Assembly: GCA_036495805.1 (NCBI GenBank)
Contig: DASXMG010000009.1
Span: 45,596 to 109,595, forward strand
Direction: 5' to 3'
Source: Steroidobacteraceae bacterium
GTDB lineage: Bacteria > Pseudomonadota > Gammaproteobacteria > Steroidobacterales > Steroidobacteraceae
DNA: 64,000 nt
The notes under the pieces are model-generated. The model saw nothing but the letters and a program-made list of their open reading frames with translations, did not search any database and was not told the DNA's origin. Below are positions 18,184-28,063 of the stretch, one piece after another. Every line of letters begins with the position of its first letter. Positions within the stretch are counted from its first letter, which is position 1. A program made the position numbers and the translations under genes.

Positions 18184-19626
18184 CAGACACCCGCGGCGGC
18201 GCCCGCGCCGCCGGGAGGTACGAAGCTGTCGCCAGACCTTGCGCTGAACAAAACCTCGAAGGGGCCCGTGATGACGACGGTCGAGGAGATGTACAAGGTG
18301 GGGCCGGGTCCCTCATCGTCGCACACGATCGGGCCGATGCGGATCACTTACGATTTTTACCAGCGATGCGCCAAGCTGCCTGCGGCGCAACTCGATCAAG
18401 CGACCGGACTGAAGGTTCATCTCTACGGGAGCCTGTCGGCGACGGGGAAGGGGCACGGGACGGAACGTGCCGCGCTCGCCGGGATCGTCGGCAAGGAACC
18501 GGCGACAGTCGATCCGGCGTTCCTCGATGAGTTGGCCGCGAAGCCGGATCAGGTGTTTCCAGTCAAGCTCGGCAAAGGTTTCAATGTGTCCTTGAAGGAC
18601 ATCATCTACGACGCCCCGAAGGGCGATTTTCCGCACCCCAACACCATGACCTGTCAGCTGATGGCCGGCGACAAGCCGTTGCTGGAGCTCGAGTATTATT
18701 CGGTCGGCGGCGGCTTCATTGAGTGGAAGGGTTATACGCCGCCCAAGAAAGGCGCGCCTCGCTACCCATACTCGACCATGAAGGAAATGGTCGCGCACAC
18801 CGAGAAGAGCGGACTGTCGTTCGCGAAGGTGGCGATGGCGAACGAGGTCGCGGTATCCGGCAAGAGCGAGGCGGACGTGAATGCGTTCCTCGACAAGATC
18901 GCGACCGCCATGACGAACATCGTGAAGTCAGGGCTCGATGCGCCGCCATCCACGCTGCCTGGGCCGATCAAACTCAAGACCAAGGCCGGCGAAGTCTACA
19001 AGCGGTCCAAGGACGACGCAGGCCAGGCGCAACGGGCAATCGGCCTCGTGTCGGCGTACGCACTCGCGGGTTCCGAGGAGAATGCGCGCGGGCACTTGGT
19101 CGTGACCGCGCCGACCGGAGGCTCGGCGGGAGTGATTCCGGCCGTGCTTTACACAGTGGGCGAAGGTGGCCTCAAGATCCCGCAAGAGAAAATCCGCGAG
19201 GGGCTGCTGGCTGCGGCCGTCGTCGGCTATCTCGGCAAGCACAATGCGACGCTCGCCGGTGCCGAGGGGGGCTGCCAGGCGGAGATCGGCATCGCATCGG
19301 GCATGGGAGCCGCCTTCCTCGGTGCGGCTTTCGATGCGCCGGCGCAGGTGATCGCGAATGCGGCGGAGAGCTCGATCGAACATCATCTTGGCATGACCTG
19401 CGACCCCGTCGCCGGTTTTGTGCAGGTCCCGTGCATCGAGCGCTGCGCTTTCGGCGCCGTCAAGTCGTGGATCGGTTACGAGATCGCCAGCAACGAAATA
19501 CCGGTCAATCGGCGCGTCGACTTCGACACGACGATCAGCGCGCTCGCGTTGACCGCCAAGGAGATGAACTCGAAGTACAAGGAGACCTCCGAAGGCGGTC
19601 TCGCCGTCTCGGTTGTTCTGTGCTGA
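18019..19626 (+). CDS. sdaA: L-serine ammonia-lyase (Fe-S type, single chain) with a predicted N-terminal twin-arginine signal
   Basis: Core …MYKVGPGPSSSHTIGPMRI… through …TSEGGLAVSVVLC. GTG 18019 is preceded by AAGGAGG (18008-18014). The N-terminal 55 aa contain SDRRAFLV, a hydrophobic stretch and ASA-Q. The canonical cytoplasmic start would be ATG 18271. Confidence 0.85.
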   Translation: MSENNGKDRHGPLAAKDFHLEPAVPEGSDRRAFLVRSALATAIAMLTGRAIPASAQTPAAAPAPPGGTKLSPDLALNKTSKGPVMTTVEEMYKVGPGPSSSHTIGPMRITYDFYQRCAKLPAAQLDQATGLKVHLYGSLSATGKGHGTERAALAGIVGKEPATVDPAFLDELAAKPDQVFPVKLGKGFNVSLKDIIYDAPKGDFPHPNTMTCQLMAGDKPLLELEYYSVGGGFIEWKGYTPPKKGAPRYPYSTMKEMVAHTEKSGLSFAKVAMANEVAVSGKSEADVNAFLDKIATAMTNIVKSGLDAPPSTLPGPIKLKTKAGEVYKRSKDDAGQAQRAIGLVSAYALAGSEENARGHLVVTAPTGGSAGVIPAVLYTVGEGGLKIPQEKIREGLLAAAVVGYLGKHNATLAGAEGGCQAEIGIASGMGAAFLGAAFDAPAQVIANAAESSIEHHLGMTCDPVAGFVQVPCIERCAFGAVKSWIGYEIASNEIPVNRRVDFDTTISALALTAKEMNSKYKETSEGGLAVSVVLC

Positions 19627-19640
19627 CGCGGATGCGCTAG

Positions 19641-20936
19641 ATGACAGCGGGCAGGCGCATCATCGTTGTCGCGTGGCTGGTCACGTCGCTGTTCTACTTT
19701 CATCAGTACGCAGCACGCTCCGCTCCGGCGGTGATGATGCCGCAGCTGAGCGAGGTCTTTGGTCTATCAGCCGCAGGCCTCGCCGCGCTCCTCGGTCTTT
19801 TCTATTACGGCTATGCGCCCTTCAGTCTGGTGGCGGGCGTGGCCATGGACGAGTTGGGCGCACGCACCGCGGTCCCGATCGGTGCGGCGGCAATGGGCGT
19901 GGGCGCGCTGCTGTTCGCGACCGGCGACCCGCTGCTGGCCGGGGTCGGGCGCTTCTTGCAGGGGGCCGGCGGCGTCTTTGCGCTGATCGGCGCGGCGTAC
20001 CTCGCGACCACTAACTTTCCGGCCTCGCGCGCGGCGACACTGATCGGCGCGACACAGATGTTCGGCATGGCCGGCGGATCGGCCGGACAATTTCTCGTCG
20101 GCCCGTTGATTGCGAGCGGGTTAGCTTGGAACAAGTTCTGGCTTCTCATGGGAGCGGCCGGTCTCTTGCTATCTATCATGCTGTTCTTGCTGCTGCCCAA
20201 GCGCGAACGGCTCGGCGCGACGCCGCTCAAGGCGGCGCAGCCTGCCAAGGCGCGCTCCCATTGGGCGAAGGATGCGGCTATCGCATTGGGATCCGTGTTC
20301 CGCAATCCGCAGTCGCTGCTATGCGGGATTATCGCCGGACTCATGTTTGTCCCTACGACCATCTTTGGTTTGGTCTGGGGGGTCCGGTTCATCCAAGAAG
20401 GCTTCGATCTCGATTTTCGCATGGCGGTCATGCGCTCGGCGGCTGTGCCGTTCGGCTGGATGATCGGATGCCCGCTCCTCGGCTGGGTCTCCGACCGGAT
20501 TGGCCGGCGCAAGCCGGTGATACTCGGCGGTGCGGCCGTCCTGCTCGTCACCTTGTTCGTGATCTTCTATGGCCCGGTCACGGCGTTTCCGCCCTTTGTG
20601 CTCGGTCTGATCATGGGTATCGCATCGGGCGCCTCGATGCTCACCTACACCATCATCAAGGAAGTGAACCGTCCTGAGTACAGCGGCACAGCGACCGGCG
20701 TCGTCAACTTCATCAACTTCTCTTTTTCCGCACTGCTCGGTCCTGTGCTCGGAAGGTTGCTGACAGAGGCCAGCCAGGGCGGTGAGCGTGAGCTTGGCCA
20801 CTACCAGGTGGCGTTCTCGCCGCTCCTGTGGGGCGTAGGCCTCGCGATCCTGCTCGCGGTATTCCTCCGGGAAACCGGTCCCAAGGAAACGAGCCGCAAG
20901 GCGGCTGCGGTCTTGTCCGTCGGTCACAGTCGGTAA
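19641..20936 (+). CDS. MFS transporter
   Basis: 431 aa, about 12 hydrophobic segments, MFS loop motif [12 protein letters not shown]. Confidence 0.85.
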   Translation: MTAGRRIIVVAWLVTSLFYFHQYAARSAPAVMMPQLSEVFGLSAAGLAALLGLFYYGYAPFSLVAGVAMDELGARTAVPIGAAAMGVGALLFATGDPLLAGVGRFLQGAGGVFALIGAAYLATTNFPASRAATLIGATQMFGMAGGSAGQFLVGPLIASGLAWNKFWLLMGAAGLLLSIMLFLLLPKRERLGATPLKAAQPAKARSHWAKDAAIALGSVFRNPQSLLCGIIAGLMFVPTTIFGLVWGVRFIQEGFDLDFRMAVMRSAAVPFGWMIGCPLLGWVSDRIGRRKPVILGGAAVLLVTLFVIFYGPVTAFPPFVLGLIMGIASGASMLTYTIIKEVNRPEYSGTATGVVNFINFSFSALLGPVLGRLLTEASQGGERELGHYQVAFSPLLWGVGLAILLAVFLRETGPKETSRKAAAVLSVGHSR

Positions 20937-20976
20937 TGTTGGTTCGATGCTGGGCGAGATACGGAGGAGTGTAAAC

Positions 20977-23250
20977 ATGGCAACGGTAATGGCGGCGCCC
21001 CGTGCGCAAGAGAAAACTGATCCGTGGGATGGCTTCAGCCCCGGTCTGTGGATGAAGGAAATCAATGTCCGTGCCTTCATACAGCGGCATGTGAGTCCTT
21101 ACTATGGCGATGGGGCTTTTCTTGCCGGGCCCACGCCGCGCACCCAGGCCATCTGGGCGAAGCTGCAGGCGATGTTCCCCGAGGAGCGGGCGAAGGGTGT
21201 GCTGGACGTCTCGCAAATCCCGAGCTCCATCACCGCGCACGAGCCCGGTTACATCGACCTAGCTAATGAAGTGATCGTCGGCCTCCAGACGGATGCGCCG
21301 CTCAAGCGCGCGATCATGCCGAACGGCGGCTTCCGGCTCGTCGCCGGCGCGCTGAAGGTATACGGTTATGAGCCGGATCCGGCAGTGGTCGAGACCTTCA
21401 CGAAGTATCGCAAGACTCACAATGATGCGGTCTTCGACGCCTATACGGATGACATCAGGCGCTGCCGCAGCTCGCACATTTTGACGGGTCTTCCCGATGC
21501 CTATGGTCGCGGCCGGATCATTGGCGACTACCGCCGGGTCGCGCTGTACGGAGTCGACCACCTTGTCACCGTCAAGAAAGCCGAGAAGGCTGCGCTCGAT
21601 GCCGAATGGTCGACCGATGAAATTATCCGCGACCGTGAGGAGCTGGCCGAGCAGATCCGCGCGCTGGGTGAGCTCAAGGAGATGGCTGCCAAGTACGGCT
21701 TCAATATTTCGGGCCCGGCCCGCACCGCGAAGGAGGCCGTGCAGTGGCTCTACTTCGGGTATCTCGCCGGCGTCAAAGAGCAGAACGGCGCGGCCATGTC
21801 GCTGGGACGCACCTCGACCTTCATCGACATTTTTTTCGAGCGCGATTTCGCGGCCGGCTTGCTCAACGAATCGGCTGCACAGGAGATCATCGACGATTTT
21901 GTCATCAAGCTAAGGATCGTGCGTTTTCTGCGGACCCCGGAATATGACGAGCTGTTCTCGGGGGATCCGACCTGGGTGACTGAATCCATCGGCGGGATGG
22001 GCGATGATGGTCGGACGCTCGTGACCAAGACGAGCTTCCGCTTCCTGCAAACGCTCTACAATCTGGGACCGGCACCCGAACCGAACCTGACCATCTGGTA
22101 TTCCCCGCGCCTGCCGGAGCCATTCCGGCGCTTCGCGGCCAAGGTTGCGATTGACACCTCGTCGATCCAGTTTGAAAACGACGAGACGATGCGAGGCGCC
22201 TGGGGCGATGACGGCGCGATCGCCTGTTGCGTCTCGCCCATGGCTTTGGGTAAGCAGATGCAGTTCTTCGGGGCGAGAGCGAATCTTGCCAAGTGTCTTC
22301 TCTACGGAATCAACGGCGGCCGCGACGAAGTTACCGGCAAGCAGGTCGGCCCGAAATGGGAGCCGCTGGCGGGCGATGTCCTCGATTTCGAGCAGGTGGT
22401 CGAACGACTCGAGGCGATGATGGGCTGGCTGGCCGGCGTCTATGTCAGCGCAATGAACGTCATCCACTACATGCACGACAAATACGCCTACGAGCGCCTC
22501 GAGATGGCCCTGCATGATTACGCGCCGCTGCGAACCATGGCGTTTGGCATCGCGGGGCTGTCAGTGGTTGCCGATAGTCTGTCGGCGATCCGCTATGCCA
22601 AGGTGAAGCCGATACGCGACGCCTCAGGTCTCGTGGTCGACTACCAGACTGAGGGCGAGTTCCCAACGTTCGGGAACAACGACAACCGCGTAGATCACAT
22701 CGCCGCCTGGCTGGTCTCGAGCTTCATGAAGAAGCTGCGCAAATATCCCACCTATCGCAACGCACTGCACACCCAGTCGGTCCTTACGATCACATCGAAC
22801 GTGGTCTACGGCAAGGCCACAGGCAACACACCGGATGGGCGGCGGAAAGGTGAGCCCTTTGCGCCCGGCGCCAACCCGATGCACGGGCGTGATAGCCATG
22901 GAGTCGCCGCCTCGGCAGCCTCAGTCGCCAAGATTCCCTATCGAGATGCAGCCGACGGGATTTCCCTGACGACAACCCTGGTACCAACCGGTCTTGGCAA
23001 CACGGCGGATGAGCGGATCGGCAACTTGACGTCAATCCTGGATGCCTACTTCGGGACCACCGGCTATCACATGAACATCAACGTGCTCAATCGCGAAACC
23101 TTGCTCGATGCGATGGACCACCCGGAGAAGTATCCCAGTTTGACGATCCGTGTTTCGGGCTATGCGGTGAACTTCGTGCGGCTGACCCGCGAGCAACAGA
23201 TGGATGTGATTCGCCGCACTTTTCACGGTGAGCGAGGTGGACGCAAATGA
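20977..23250 (+). CDS. pflB: formate C-acetyltransferase (pyruvate formate-lyase)
   Basis: 757 aa. Active-site Cys pair (…[10 protein letters not shown]…), glycyl-radical motif [19 protein letters not shown] before ATG 20977. Confidence 0.95.
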   Translation: MATVMAAPRAQEKTDPWDGFSPGLWMKEINVRAFIQRHVSPYYGDGAFLAGPTPRTQAIWAKLQAMFPEERAKGVLDVSQIPSSITAHEPGYIDLANEVIVGLQTDAPLKRAIMPNGGFRLVAGALKVYGYEPDPAVVETFTKYRKTHNDAVFDAYTDDIRRCRSSHILTGLPDAYGRGRIIGDYRRVALYGVDHLVTVKKAEKAALDAEWSTDEIIRDREELAEQIRALGELKEMAAKYGFNISGPARTAKEAVQWLYFGYLAGVKEQNGAAMSLGRTSTFIDIFFERDFAAGLLNESAAQEIIDDFVIKLRIVRFLRTPEYDELFSGDPTWVTESIGGMGDDGRTLVTKTSFRFLQTLYNLGPAPEPNLTIWYSPRLPEPFRRFAAKVAIDTSSIQFENDETMRGAWGDDGAIACCVSPMALGKQMQFFGARANLAKCLLYGINGGRDEVTGKQVGPKWEPLAGDVLDFEQVVERLEAMMGWLAGVYVSAMNVIHYMHDKYAYERLEMALHDYAPLRTMAFGIAGLSVVADSLSAIRYAKVKPIRDASGLVVDYQTEGEFPTFGNNDNRVDHIAAWLVSSFMKKLRKYPTYRNALHTQSVLTITSNVVYGKATGNTPDGRRKGEPFAPGANPMHGRDSHGVAASAASVAKIPYRDAADGISLTTTLVPTGLGNTADERIGNLTSILDAYFGTTGYHMNINVLNRETLLDAMDHPEKYPSLTIRVSGYAVNFVRLTREQQMDVIRRTFHGERGGRK

Positions 23251-24092
23251 GCGCCGTTAGGCCCATGAATAGCACCCCGCTCGAGGCAAGGTCTCCGTAC
23301 GAGCTTCGGCTGGATTTGGGGAAAGGTGTTCCCGAGGTAGACGTGAAAACCGCGCTGGCATCGGGAGACGTCGGCTTCCTGCACTCCTTTACGACCGGCT
23401 CGGCTGTGGATGGGCCCGGCATCCGCTTGGTCGCGTGGACCACGGCATGCATGTTTCGCTGCCGCTTCTGCCATAACCCGGACACCTGGACAATGTTGAA
23501 CGGCATCCCGGTACTGCTGACGCGCGCAATCGAGGAAGTGCGCAAGTACGCGCACGCGCTGAAGGTCATGCACGGCGGATTGACTCTGTCAGGGGGTGAG
23601 CCGTTGGTGCAGAACCGCTTCGCGGTAAGGCTCTTCCGTGCGACAAAGGAGCTCGGGACCCACACCGCGATCGAGACCAACGGCTTTCTAGGTGAAAAGC
23701 TTTCGGACGAAGAGCTCGAGCTTATCGATCTCGTCATTCTCGACATGAAGGCCTTCGGCGCCGTGCAGCACAAGCGAGTGACGGGAATCGGGAACGAACC
23801 GGTTCTGGCGTTTGCCAAGCGCCTGGCGGAGCACAAGCGCCCGATGTGGCTGCGCTACGTGCTGGTGCCGGGGCTGACGGACGACCCCGACGAGATGCGG
23901 CGCGTCGCCAGTTTCGGCGCCTCGCTCGGGGTGATCGAGCGAGCCGAGATTCTGCCTTTTCACCAGATGGGCCGCTACAAGTGGAAGCGGCTCGCGATCG
24001 ATTACACCCTCGATCCGACCGAGCCACCCTCAGACGCAACACTCGATGCCGCGGTGGCGATCTTCCGTCACGCGGGACTCCATGTGCTTTGA
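23247..24092 (+). CDS. pflA: pyruvate formate-lyase activating enzyme (radical SAM)
   Basis: [14 protein letters not shown] cluster motif, ATGA overlap with pflB. Confidence 0.93.
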   Translation: MSAVRPMNSTPLEARSPYELRLDLGKGVPEVDVKTALASGDVGFLHSFTTGSAVDGPGIRLVAWTTACMFRCRFCHNPDTWTMLNGIPVLLTRAIEEVRKYAHALKVMHGGLTLSGGEPLVQNRFAVRLFRATKELGTHTAIETNGFLGEKLSDEELELIDLVILDMKAFGAVQHKRVTGIGNEPVLAFAKRLAEHKRPMWLRYVLVPGLTDDPDEMRRVASFGASLGVIERAEILPFHQMGRYKWKRLAIDYTLDPTEPPSDATLDAAVAIFRHAGLHVL

Positions 24093-24147
24093 GACATTGA
24101 TCCTAGCGCGGCAGCGCACGGAACCTTCGATTTAACGCACTTGCCGG

Positions 24148-24214
24148 CTGCCCATTCGGGCACACCGTTATGCCCGTTCGCCTAATTGTCCCGCCGGCGT
24201 ACGTTGCAGATGAT
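24148..24214 (+). promoter_or_regulatory. conserved box1-box2 / -35 / -10 element, copy C (upstream of the porin gene)
   Basis: CTGCCCATTCGGGCAC-ACCGTT-ATGCCCGTTCGCCTAA-TTGTCC-17 nt-GATGAT. 78 nt lie between the -10 and ATG 24293. Confidence 0.5.
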
Positions 24215-24292
24215 GCATCAGCCAGTGCGCGCTGCGTGGAAAGACTAGCTGGATGGCGCATCAAACGGATGTTCGAGTGGTAAGGGAGCAGT

Positions 24293-25534
24293 ATGACCAA
24301 CAAGTACCTGGGATGCGTTGCAGTTGGTGCTTTTGGAATTCTTTGCGTCGCGTCGCTGGAAGTCAAAGCCGCCGAGGAAACCCGCTCGTTCGAAATCTAC
24401 GGTTTCGCGCAGGCTGACTGGATTCAAGACTCCAAGCGCATGGATCCCAACTGGGTAGATGCTTTTCGCCCCTCGAAGATCGGAGTCGATAACGAGGAGG
24501 GCGTCAACCCGTACGGCGCGAATGGGGATTCGAGTGTCAGCGTCAAGCAAAGCCGCTTTGGCGCCAAAGGCGTAATGCCGACCGACGAGAGTCATGGGGC
24601 AATTACATTTAAGTTCGAATTCGATGTGTTTGGCACCGGCGTCGACGAGGGGCAGACCACCTTTCGCCTGCGTCACATATTTGGTGAATGGGAGCAGATA
24701 CTCGCCGGACAAACCAACAGCGTATTCATGGACGGCGATGTGTTGCCCAACGGCATCGATTACTGGGGCCCGAACGGCGCCGTTTTCTTGCGTACCCCGC
24801 AGATTCGCTGGACGCCTTACAAAACAGAAACCGCCAGCTTCGTCATTGCGATTGAGCGTCCCGGCAATGACATCGATCCGGGCAACATTCGACTGATCGA
24901 CCAGTATCAAAACGCCACGATCCAGAATCAGGAAAAGGTGCCCGATCTTACCTCGCATTTTCGGCTGGACGGGGGCTGGGGGCATTTTCAAATCGCAACC
25001 ATTTTGCGCCGTGTCGGCTTCGAATATCAGACGGTCGCCGGACAGGGGGCGTGGACCAGCGGATATGAGACGGGCTGGGGCGTTAGTTTGGGCGGCGCCA
25101 TCAAGGCGGTCGGCAAGGATCAAATCCTGCTGCAAGTTACGCACGGCAATGGCATCGCGAGCTTCATGAACGATGGTGGCACCGATCTTGCGCCGAACGC
25201 GAACTTTAATTCGTCGTCGCCCACCTCCCCGACATTGTCGGCCGAAGCAGTGCCCTTGACCGGCGTGCTTGCCTACTATGATCACTACTGGAGCCCGAAG
25301 TTTTCGAGTTCTATCGGCTACAGTTTCGTAGATGTGGACAACACCAGCTTCCAGACTCCGGATGCCTTCCACAAAGCCCAATACGCGTCGGTCAACTTGC
25401 TTTGGACGCCGGTCAGCAGTGTCATGATGGGTGGCGAAGTGCTTTGGGGCGATCGCAAGAACAATGACGGGCTCTCAGGCAACGATGCGCGCTTTCAATT
25501 CACCGTCAAGTACAATTTTGGAATCGCGCTTTGA
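24293..25534 (+). CDS. putative outer-membrane beta-barrel porin
   Basis: Signal peptide …LCVASLEVKA|AEE, alternating amphipathic beta-strand pattern, aromatic-rich C-terminal strands. Family not firmly recognised. Confidence 0.7.
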   Translation: MTNKYLGCVAVGAFGILCVASLEVKAAEETRSFEIYGFAQADWIQDSKRMDPNWVDAFRPSKIGVDNEEGVNPYGANGDSSVSVKQSRFGAKGVMPTDESHGAITFKFEFDVFGTGVDEGQTTFRLRHIFGEWEQILAGQTNSVFMDGDVLPNGIDYWGPNGAVFLRTPQIRWTPYKTETASFVIAIERPGNDIDPGNIRLIDQYQNATIQNQEKVPDLTSHFRLDGGWGHFQIATILRRVGFEYQTVAGQGAWTSGYETGWGVSLGGAIKAVGKDQILLQVTHGNGIASFMNDGGTDLAPNANFNSSSPTSPTLSAEAVPLTGVLAYYDHYWSPKFSSSIGYSFVDVDNTSFQTPDAFHKAQYASVNLLWTPVSSVMMGGEVLWGDRKNNDGLSGNDARFQFTVKYNFGIAL

Positions 25535-26591
25535 AGTTTGACCGCGTATTGAGTGCTAATCCTCCGGCACGCGCGATGCTTGGCGTCGTTCCCGACCACC
25601 TTTTGAACGCATGCGTGAACGCGCTGACCTCCCGATAGCCCAGCAGCCACGCAATCCGAGATATCGACAGATCGGCGTTCGACAAATACTGCCTCGCCAG
25701 ATCGATCCGCAGGTCTTCCAGGACCTTCGAATACGTCACTCCCTCTAGCGCGAGTCGGCGCGCTAGAGTTCGCCGGCTAAGATGGAGTATTGGGGCGATT
25801 TTCGGCGCGAGTACCTTTCCATGCGGCAGCAGGGGGACAATCGCATTCTCGACCGCCGCGCGGCACGCGCCGCTACGTGTCGGCCGATGCGAGAGAGCTT
25901 GCTCGCCATAGGCTACTAAAATTTCGTTGAGGTAGGGATCGGCGCTGGTGATCCTTTCGTGCTTGGTCCGCCCGACGAAAGTAAGTTCATCCGCCTTCGC
26001 CCCAAAAGTTATGTTGCGGCCAAAATACGCGGTCAATGGAGATCCGGCCCTTTTAATGCGCTGATGTGTGATTTGAACACGCCTTGGGGTGACGCGCCGT
26101 TTGGTCAAGTGCCGGCAAACACGGATCAACGCTGTCATGAAGAACTCAATCTGATGACGATCCGGGTGACGGGCGACACCGACATATTCGAACACTATGC
26201 GCAAGTCCCGTCCCTCGAAATATCTGAGCGACAGTCCTTCGTTGACAATCGAGCTGTACCGCGCGGTTCGCTGCAACGCATCGCCCAGCGTTTCAGAGGA
26301 AGCAGCGACGTAATGGAGCAGCCCCAGCTCGCGAAGATCAAATAATTCCGCGAGATGAAAACCGAGAAACACATCCCCTAGGGAAGCCGCAACCAGATTT
26401 AAGAATTCGATCTGTTGCCGCACCGCAAGTCGCGTACGCGAGTCGTTGATCTGCCGTTCGGTCAGTCCAACCTTCTTTAAAAGCGGTTTCACTGCAATGC
26501 CGGACCGTCGCGCGCATGCATAGGCGATTCGGGCGATCCCACCGGTCGCAGTGGGAAGGGCGTGGAGCCGCCGCGTAGCGATATCACTCAT
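25506..26591 (-). CDS. AraC-family transcriptional regulator (AraC-type ligand-binding N-domain + HTH)
   Basis: C-terminal dual HTH (…SISRIAWLLGYREVSAFTHAFKRWSGTTP). Its 3' end overlaps the porin 3' end by 29 nt (convergent). Confidence 0.88.
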   Translation of the reverse strand: MSDIATRRLHALPTATGGIARIAYACARRSGIAVKPLLKKVGLTERQINDSRTRLAVRQQIEFLNLVAASLGDVFLGFHLAELFDLRELGLLHYVAASSETLGDALQRTARYSSIVNEGLSLRYFEGRDLRIVFEYVGVARHPDRHQIEFFMTALIRVCRHLTKRRVTPRRVQITHQRIKRAGSPLTAYFGRNITFGAKADELTFVGRTKHERITSADPYLNEILVAYGEQALSHRPTRSGACRAAVENAIVPLLPHGKVLAPKIAPILHLSRRTLARRLALEGVTYSKVLEDLRIDLARQYLSNADLSISRIAWLLGYREVSAFTHAFKRWSGTTPSIARAGGLALNTRSNFKARFQNCT

Positions 26592-26633
26592 GATCTTCGT
26601 GCCGAATTGTCATTGGCCTAAGGCGACAAAAGC

Positions 26634-27083
26634 TTGGCCCAAGAACGCAAGACCATGACGCAAATTCACGCATATAAAGGGCGCCCACTGGCCAAGCGGA
26701 TTGGTATGCCAACGAAGCGCAAAGTCATCGCGGTAATCGACGATAGCCTCGGCATCCTCAGCGCCTTGGGGCGTTTGTTGTCAACACTTGGGTACGACAC
26801 GGAACTCTATGCCTCAAATTGGGAGTTCCTTGATGCTCGGATGATCACCGCAGCAAGTTGCCTCATACTCGACGTACACCTTGGTGAGAGTTCGGGTCTG
26901 GATCTGGCGGAGCAACTCGCGAACACCGGCTGCAAAATCCCGTTCATTTTCATGAGTTCGGATCCTGGTGAATCAGTTAAAGAGAGAGCTGGGAAAATCG
27001 GCGCCCTTGCTTTTTTGATCAAGCCATTTGGCGTAGATGAACTGGTCAAGGCGCTGGCTCTGGTACCCCCTCGTCGCCCTTAA
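26634..27083 (+). CDS. single-domain response regulator (CheY-like receiver)
   Basis: KVIAVIDDSLGIL…CLILDVHLGESSG…FMSS…LIKPF. The start is uncertain (26634, 26655 or 26706). Confidence 0.8.
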   Translation: MAQERKTMTQIHAYKGRPLAKRIGMPTKRKVIAVIDDSLGILSALGRLLSTLGYDTELYASNWEFLDARMITAASCLILDVHLGESSGLDLAEQLANTGCKIPFIFMSSDPGESVKERAGKIGALAFLIKPFGVDELVKALALVPPRRP

Positions 27084-27275
27084 GCCCAGCTCGGGCGAAT
27101 GCACAGCATCTGGAGCTTCCGAGGGCCTGATGTGCATCGAGGCAGACTAACGAATTCGTACCGCGAAGTTAAATTGGATCTAAGTCTCATTCACATCCTG
27201 AGGCCGGTCGCTTCACTCGCGTGCGCCAATTTGAGATAAATAGGGACCGAGCGACGCACGAAAGGAGTCAAGGGA

Positions 27276-28043
27276 ATGCTCAACGCATTCGACTATCCGC
27301 TGCTTATTTTCGGTGTCTCGTTTTTTGTGCTATGGCTGGTGGCGAGGCTCGGCTGGTCGGTACTCAAACGACGGCGAGAATTGGACAGTGTGGCACGTGA
27401 GGATTTTGACGTGATTGTGGGCGCCACCTTGACGCTGCTCGCTCTTCTCATTGGTTTCAGCTTTTCAATGGCCATAGGCCGATACGATCAGCGCAAGAAC
27501 TACGAGGAGGCGGAAGCAAACGCAATCGGCACCGAACTGGTACGAGCCAGCCTGCTGCCGGCAGCGGACTGGGCAAGAGTGCGAACGCTGCTTCACAATT
27601 ACCTCGATCAGCGTGTCTTGTTCTATCTGAGCCGCGACTATCGAGAGATTCGCGAGATCAATATCCGCACCGCACAGTTGCAGACCGAATTGTGGTCTGC
27701 CGTTCAGGTGCCCGCCGTTGCACAGCCGAATCCGCTAGTCGCTTTGACCGTTGCGGGGATGAATGACGTGCTGAACTCGCAGGGCTACACGCAGGCTGCC
27801 TGGTCGAATCGAATTCCTCCTGCGGCATGGAGTTTGATGGCGCTGGTCGCCATTTGCTGCAATCTGCTGGTCGGCTATGGAGCGCGAATCACCAGAGTCG
27901 GAGGCCTGCTTCTCATGGTTCTGCCCCTGGTCGTCTCCATCGCGTTTTTGCTAATCGCGGACATTGACAGCCCGCGCGGGGGGCTTATTCATGTCCATCC
28001 TCAGAATCTCCTTGGCCTGTCCGCAACGACGCCGGCGCATTAG
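27276..28043 (+). CDS. membrane protein, DUF4239-like
   Basis: Two N-terminal and two C-terminal TM segments flank a soluble region (…AIGRYDQRKNYEEAEANAIGTE…). Family call is from memory. Confidence 0.6.
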   Translation: MLNAFDYPLLIFGVSFFVLWLVARLGWSVLKRRRELDSVAREDFDVIVGATLTLLALLIGFSFSMAIGRYDQRKNYEEAEANAIGTELVRASLLPAADWARVRTLLHNYLDQRVLFYLSRDYREIREINIRTAQLQTELWSAVQVPAVAQPNPLVALTVAGMNDVLNSQGYTQAAWSNRIPPAAWSLMALVAICCNLLVGYGARITRVGGLLLMVLPLVVSIAFLLIADIDSPRGGLIHVHPQNLLGLSATTPAH

Positions 28044-28063
28044 TCGGTCATCCCACAGATCTG

